A DNA stretch of 64,000 nucleotides from contig MU053431.1 in the NCBI GenBank assembly GCA_013239625.1, positions 1 through 64,000 of the forward strand, written 5' to 3'. Under the pieces are notes generated by a model, which was not told the DNA's origin, did no database searches, and saw only the letters and a list, made by a program, of their open reading frames with translations. Shown here piece after piece: positions 60,330-64,000 of the stretch. The translations under genes were made by a program, and so were the position numbers. The stretch comes from Lama guanicoe. Lineage: Eukaryota. Position 1 is the stretch's first letter. The number at the start of each line of letters is the position of its first letter.

Positions 60330-63005
60330 AAAAATACTGTCATAATCAAGGATTACTTTATAAACATAATATGCACCGGGCTTAAGCTTTAGTTCAATGA
60401 GTTTGTCAGCTGTACGCATTCATGTAATTATGTCCCAAAACACCATGTGGAACATTTCCATCACTCTCCCTAAAAATTCCCTAGTCCTCTCTCTAGTTGA
60501 TACTCTTAAAAGGTAAGAACCTTCTGGTTTTTCTCAATATAGTTTAGTCTAACTTTGTCCTTAGATCTCATATAAATGGAATCATACAGAATGTATCTTT
60601 TTGTGTCCAACGTTTTTTGTGACTCATCCATGCTGTTGTGTACTAGTTCATTCACTTCTATTAACAATCAGCGTTTCATTTTTTGAATATACCTCCATTT
60701 GTTCATTCATTCACCTGCTGATGGACATGTGGATTGTCTCCAGTTATGGGCTATTGTATCTAAGGCCATTATGAACATTCTTGTACAAATCTTTTTTGGG
60801 ACATGTATTTTCATTCTTCTTGGGCTTCCTAGGGTCATAACTGCTGGGTTATAGAGGATTTGTACGTTCAACTTTATACAAAGCTGCCAGAAAGTTCTCC
60901 AGAATACTGTCCCGCACGCCTGCCACCAACGGATGAGAGTTCCAGTTGCTCCACATCCTCACCAACACCGAGCATTGTCGGTCGTTCTGACTGCAGTCCT
61001 ACTGGTGGATGTGAAATGGGATCGTGTTTTAACCTGAATTTCCTTGATGACTAGTGATGTTAAACCCCTTCATGTGCTTGTTAGTCATTCAGTTTTCCTC
61101 TTTTGTGAACTGTCTGTTCTTTTCCCGACTATTCTAATCGGGGTGTTTGCCTTTATTATTGATTTGCAGGGGTTACTTAAATGTCCTGGATTCAAGTTCT
61201 TTGTCAGATAAATGTCTTGTGAACATTCTCCCTCTCTGCAGTTGTATATTCATTTCCCTAATGGTGTCTTTTAAGCAGCACATTAAAAAAAACTGGATAA
61301 ATCCCATTTAACCTTTATTTTTCATTTTTGCTTTTTACACGTTTTGTCTAAAAACGCTTGACCTACCTCAGGGTTAGGAAAGTATTCTGTTTTCTTCTAG
61401 TAGTGATACGGTTCTAGCTTTTACCTTTAGATCTAGAATCTATTATTTTTATTTTGGTATGGAGCAAGGTGGGGTCAAGGGCTCATCCTTCTCCCACCAC
61501 ACAGCTATACAGTTGTGTCAGCATTTTTTATTGAAAATACTTTCCTTTCCCCATTGAACCGACTTAGTGCCTTTCTCAAAAATCAATGTAGTGGGCTATT
61601 TCTGAGCCATCATTCTACTCCACTGATGTGTGTTCTAGTCACATAATTTTGATACTTGTTTTCCTTATCATTCCCCATTCATCTACTTTCTAGTTCACCT
61701 TCTTTGCCTCATGCATTATTTGGAGGTATCTTGCTTCATTTCCAACTGTTTTAGGATTTTTCTAGATGTCACTGTTCTATTAGTTCATATTGTTCTGCTC
61801 AGGAACATATACTGTATGTTTCAGTCCTTTGAAATTTACTGAGACTTGTTTTTTATCGCCCATAATTGCTCTATCTTGGTGAACGTTCAGGATGTACTTC
61901 GATACTCCAAGTGACTGGTAGTGCTGAGCAAATATTTCATGTTCTTATAGGTTTGTTCTTCAGTGTTCTAGTAATTACTGAGAGAGAAATGTTAAAATCC
62001 CCAACTAAGACTGTGAATTGGTCTGTTTCACCTCTCTGCCAATTTTTACTTAGGTTTTCTCAATCTCTTGTTATTTGCATAACATTTAGGATTGTTGTAT
62101 CTGCTTCACAAATTGACACTTAAATAAAATAGCTGTGATCATCTCTAAGAATATTACTTGTCTTCAAGTATTTTTTCTGATATTAATGTAATTTTAAGGG
62201 TTTCTTTTTGGCTTAATGTACTATTTTTCCACTAATTTACTTTCAACTTGTATGTCTACATTTCAGATGTTTCTAGTAAACAACAGACAGTTAAGTGTTG
62301 ATTTTTCCCTTGAAATTGGATGATCTCTGCTTTTTACATGGAATGGTTAGTCTACTAACTTTAAGCATAGTTGTCAAGATAGTTGGATTTAAGCTATTTT
62401 GTCATTTTTTTCTCCTATTTTCTCCATTCTTTGTTGTTCTCTCCTCACTTCCCATCTTTTGTTTACTTGAATATTTTTATAATATTCCTTTTATCCTCTT
62501 TTTTTAGTGGCATCTTTTGTATTTATTTTAGTGGTTGCTCTAGATACTGCAATATTCATCTTTAAATTAGCACAGCTTCAAATAGTATTTTACCACTTCA
62601 CGAGCAACATAAATATCTTATAACCATGTAATTTCATCTACTCCCCAGGACATTTTGTCATCACATTATCGTATGTTATACTTATGTGTATGTTATAAAC
62701 CCTTCAATACTTTATTATTTGTGCTTTAAACAACCAGAGTCTGATACCATTTCCCATAAGCCTGGACAATGTCCTTTGACGTTTTTTTCATAGTACATAT
62801 ATGTTCTGTTTTTGCCTATCTAAAAAAGCATGTTCCTTAATTTTGACATATGTTTTAACTGCATAGAACACTCTAGGTTAAGAAGCTGCTATTTATTTAT
62901 TTTTTCTTAGCACTTTAAAAATGCTGTCCCACTGTTCTGGGCCTCAGTAATTTCTGCTGAGATGTCAGCTTATATTCTTTCCAGCGTGGTACTGTATGTA
63001 GTGTC
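60330..63005 (-). mobile_element. L1ME/L1M composite (3' UTR, ORF2 pieces, upstream region)
   Basis: catataaatggaatcatacag, gatggacatgtggattgtctccag, gagagttccagttgctccacatcctcaccaacac, ttgaaatttactgagacttg, tgttaaaatccccaact. Confidence 0.88.
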
Positions 63006-63009
63006 TTCC

Positions 63010-63090
63010 TCGGAGGAAAAGAGGGGAGAGAAGAAAGAAGGTGAAGGAGAGGAGGAGAAAGAAGGAGATGGGGAGAGGGAGAGAGAAAAG
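63010..63090 (+). repeat. GA-rich low-complexity tract
   Basis: ggaggaaaagaggggagagaagaaagaaggtgaaggagaggaggagaaa...; source of the Glu/Lys-rich ORF. Confidence 0.85.
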
Positions 63091-63289
63091 CTTGATGTTA
63101 TCCAAACCCCTAAGCCAGTCATGTCTGAATACCACCCTCCTGAGCTTCTCAGTTACTAGTCTGTGAATTCTCTATTTTGATTTAGCTGGTTTGAGTTTGG
63201 TTCCCATTTTGAAACTAGTAATTTTCACTTTAAGCTGATAAGCTTCTGTTCAGTGACATGTCTTAACCTATTTTTGTATCTGTTTAAAG

Positions 63290-63593
63290 CAAAAGTTGGC
63301 AAGCTGAAACTAACAGGCTGTATCTGATGGCCCGTGAGCTAATAATAAGAATGATCACTGCATTTTTAAGTGGTTGAAAAATAAAAAGAAGAGTATTTCC
63401 TGACACGTGGAAACTGTATGGAAGTCACTAAGGGAAGTACCACGGGAGCACAGCCACGCCCGTCCACGTAGGTGCTGTCTGCGGCTCTTCATGCTTCCGT
63501 GAGGTAGAGCTGGGAAGGGTGGCAGACCGTAGAGCCCATGATGCTTAGAATATTCACTGTCAGGCCCTTTAGAGAAAACGTGTGCCAACCCTG
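63290..63593. mobile_element. MER58B hAT-Charlie fossil
   Basis: ggcccgtgagctaataataagaatg...tttttaagtggttgaaaaataaaaagaag...aatattcactgtcaggccctttagagaaaacgtgtgccaaccctg; flanks gtttaaag and gtctaagg resemble a degraded 8-bp TSD. Confidence 0.88.
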
Positions 63594-63829
63594 GTCTAAG
63601 GTGTGCAATGCAGAAGCACTGACATTCCGGGGTCACTAAGGACATGACCTCCACTTCGGGAGGAGAGGGGGCAGGAGGCCCCTATGTTTATTCCAGGATT
63701 GCCCCACATCCCCCGGGGAGGGTAACCTCACAGTTTCCATGTCCTTCATTTTCCTTCTCTTTTCTTCATTTTGATGCCACTGTGTTCCAGGCTCTCTCAG
63801 GCATTTATGATGTGGAAAGAGAACTTGAC

Positions 63830-63985
63830 AGAGGGTCCAAAAACTATTTACCAGCCATGTGACTCCAGGCAAATCACTCAACCGCTCTGACCTCCAGTTT
63901 CGTCATTAGTGAAGTGGGGTTATTTAATAAAGCCCATTTTCTAGGCTGAGTATGAGAATTAAATGACATCATGGCACATATGTGG
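63830..63985 (+). mobile_element. MIR SINE
   Basis: tttaccagccatgtgactccaggcaaatcactcaaccgctctgacctccagtttcgtcatt...tgagaattaaatgac. Confidence 0.85.
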
Positions 63986-64000
63986 TCTATAGAAATGGCC

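Overview
This is a eutherian (placental mammal) genomic window, essentially non-coding. I recognise no protein-coding gene, RNA gene or CRISPR array. The listed ORFs look like chance ORFs in GC-rich DNA or decayed transposon frames. Much of the window is ancient interspersed repeat: MIR, L2, L1M, L3/CR1, MaLR/ERVL/ERV1 LTRs, an ERVL pol remnant with its 3' LTR, and hAT/Tigger fossils. Repeat families were recognised from remembered consensus sequences, so boundaries and subfamilies are approximate. I saw no young lineage-specific SINEs. Several repeat-free, AT-rich blocks dense in homeodomain, GATA or FOX motifs look like developmental enhancers, suggesting a gene desert or a large intron. A 38-N gap at 5376-5413 is flanked by a probable false duplication. 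The most interesting signal is a ~91% identical inverted repeat (1-92 and 3790-3880) whose 7 mismatches all become G.U wobbles in a minus-strand RNA. It encloses a 27-nt minus-strand microexon candidate (2621-2647) with strong splice sites. This is a hypothesis for RNA-structure-controlled splicing, not an established result.
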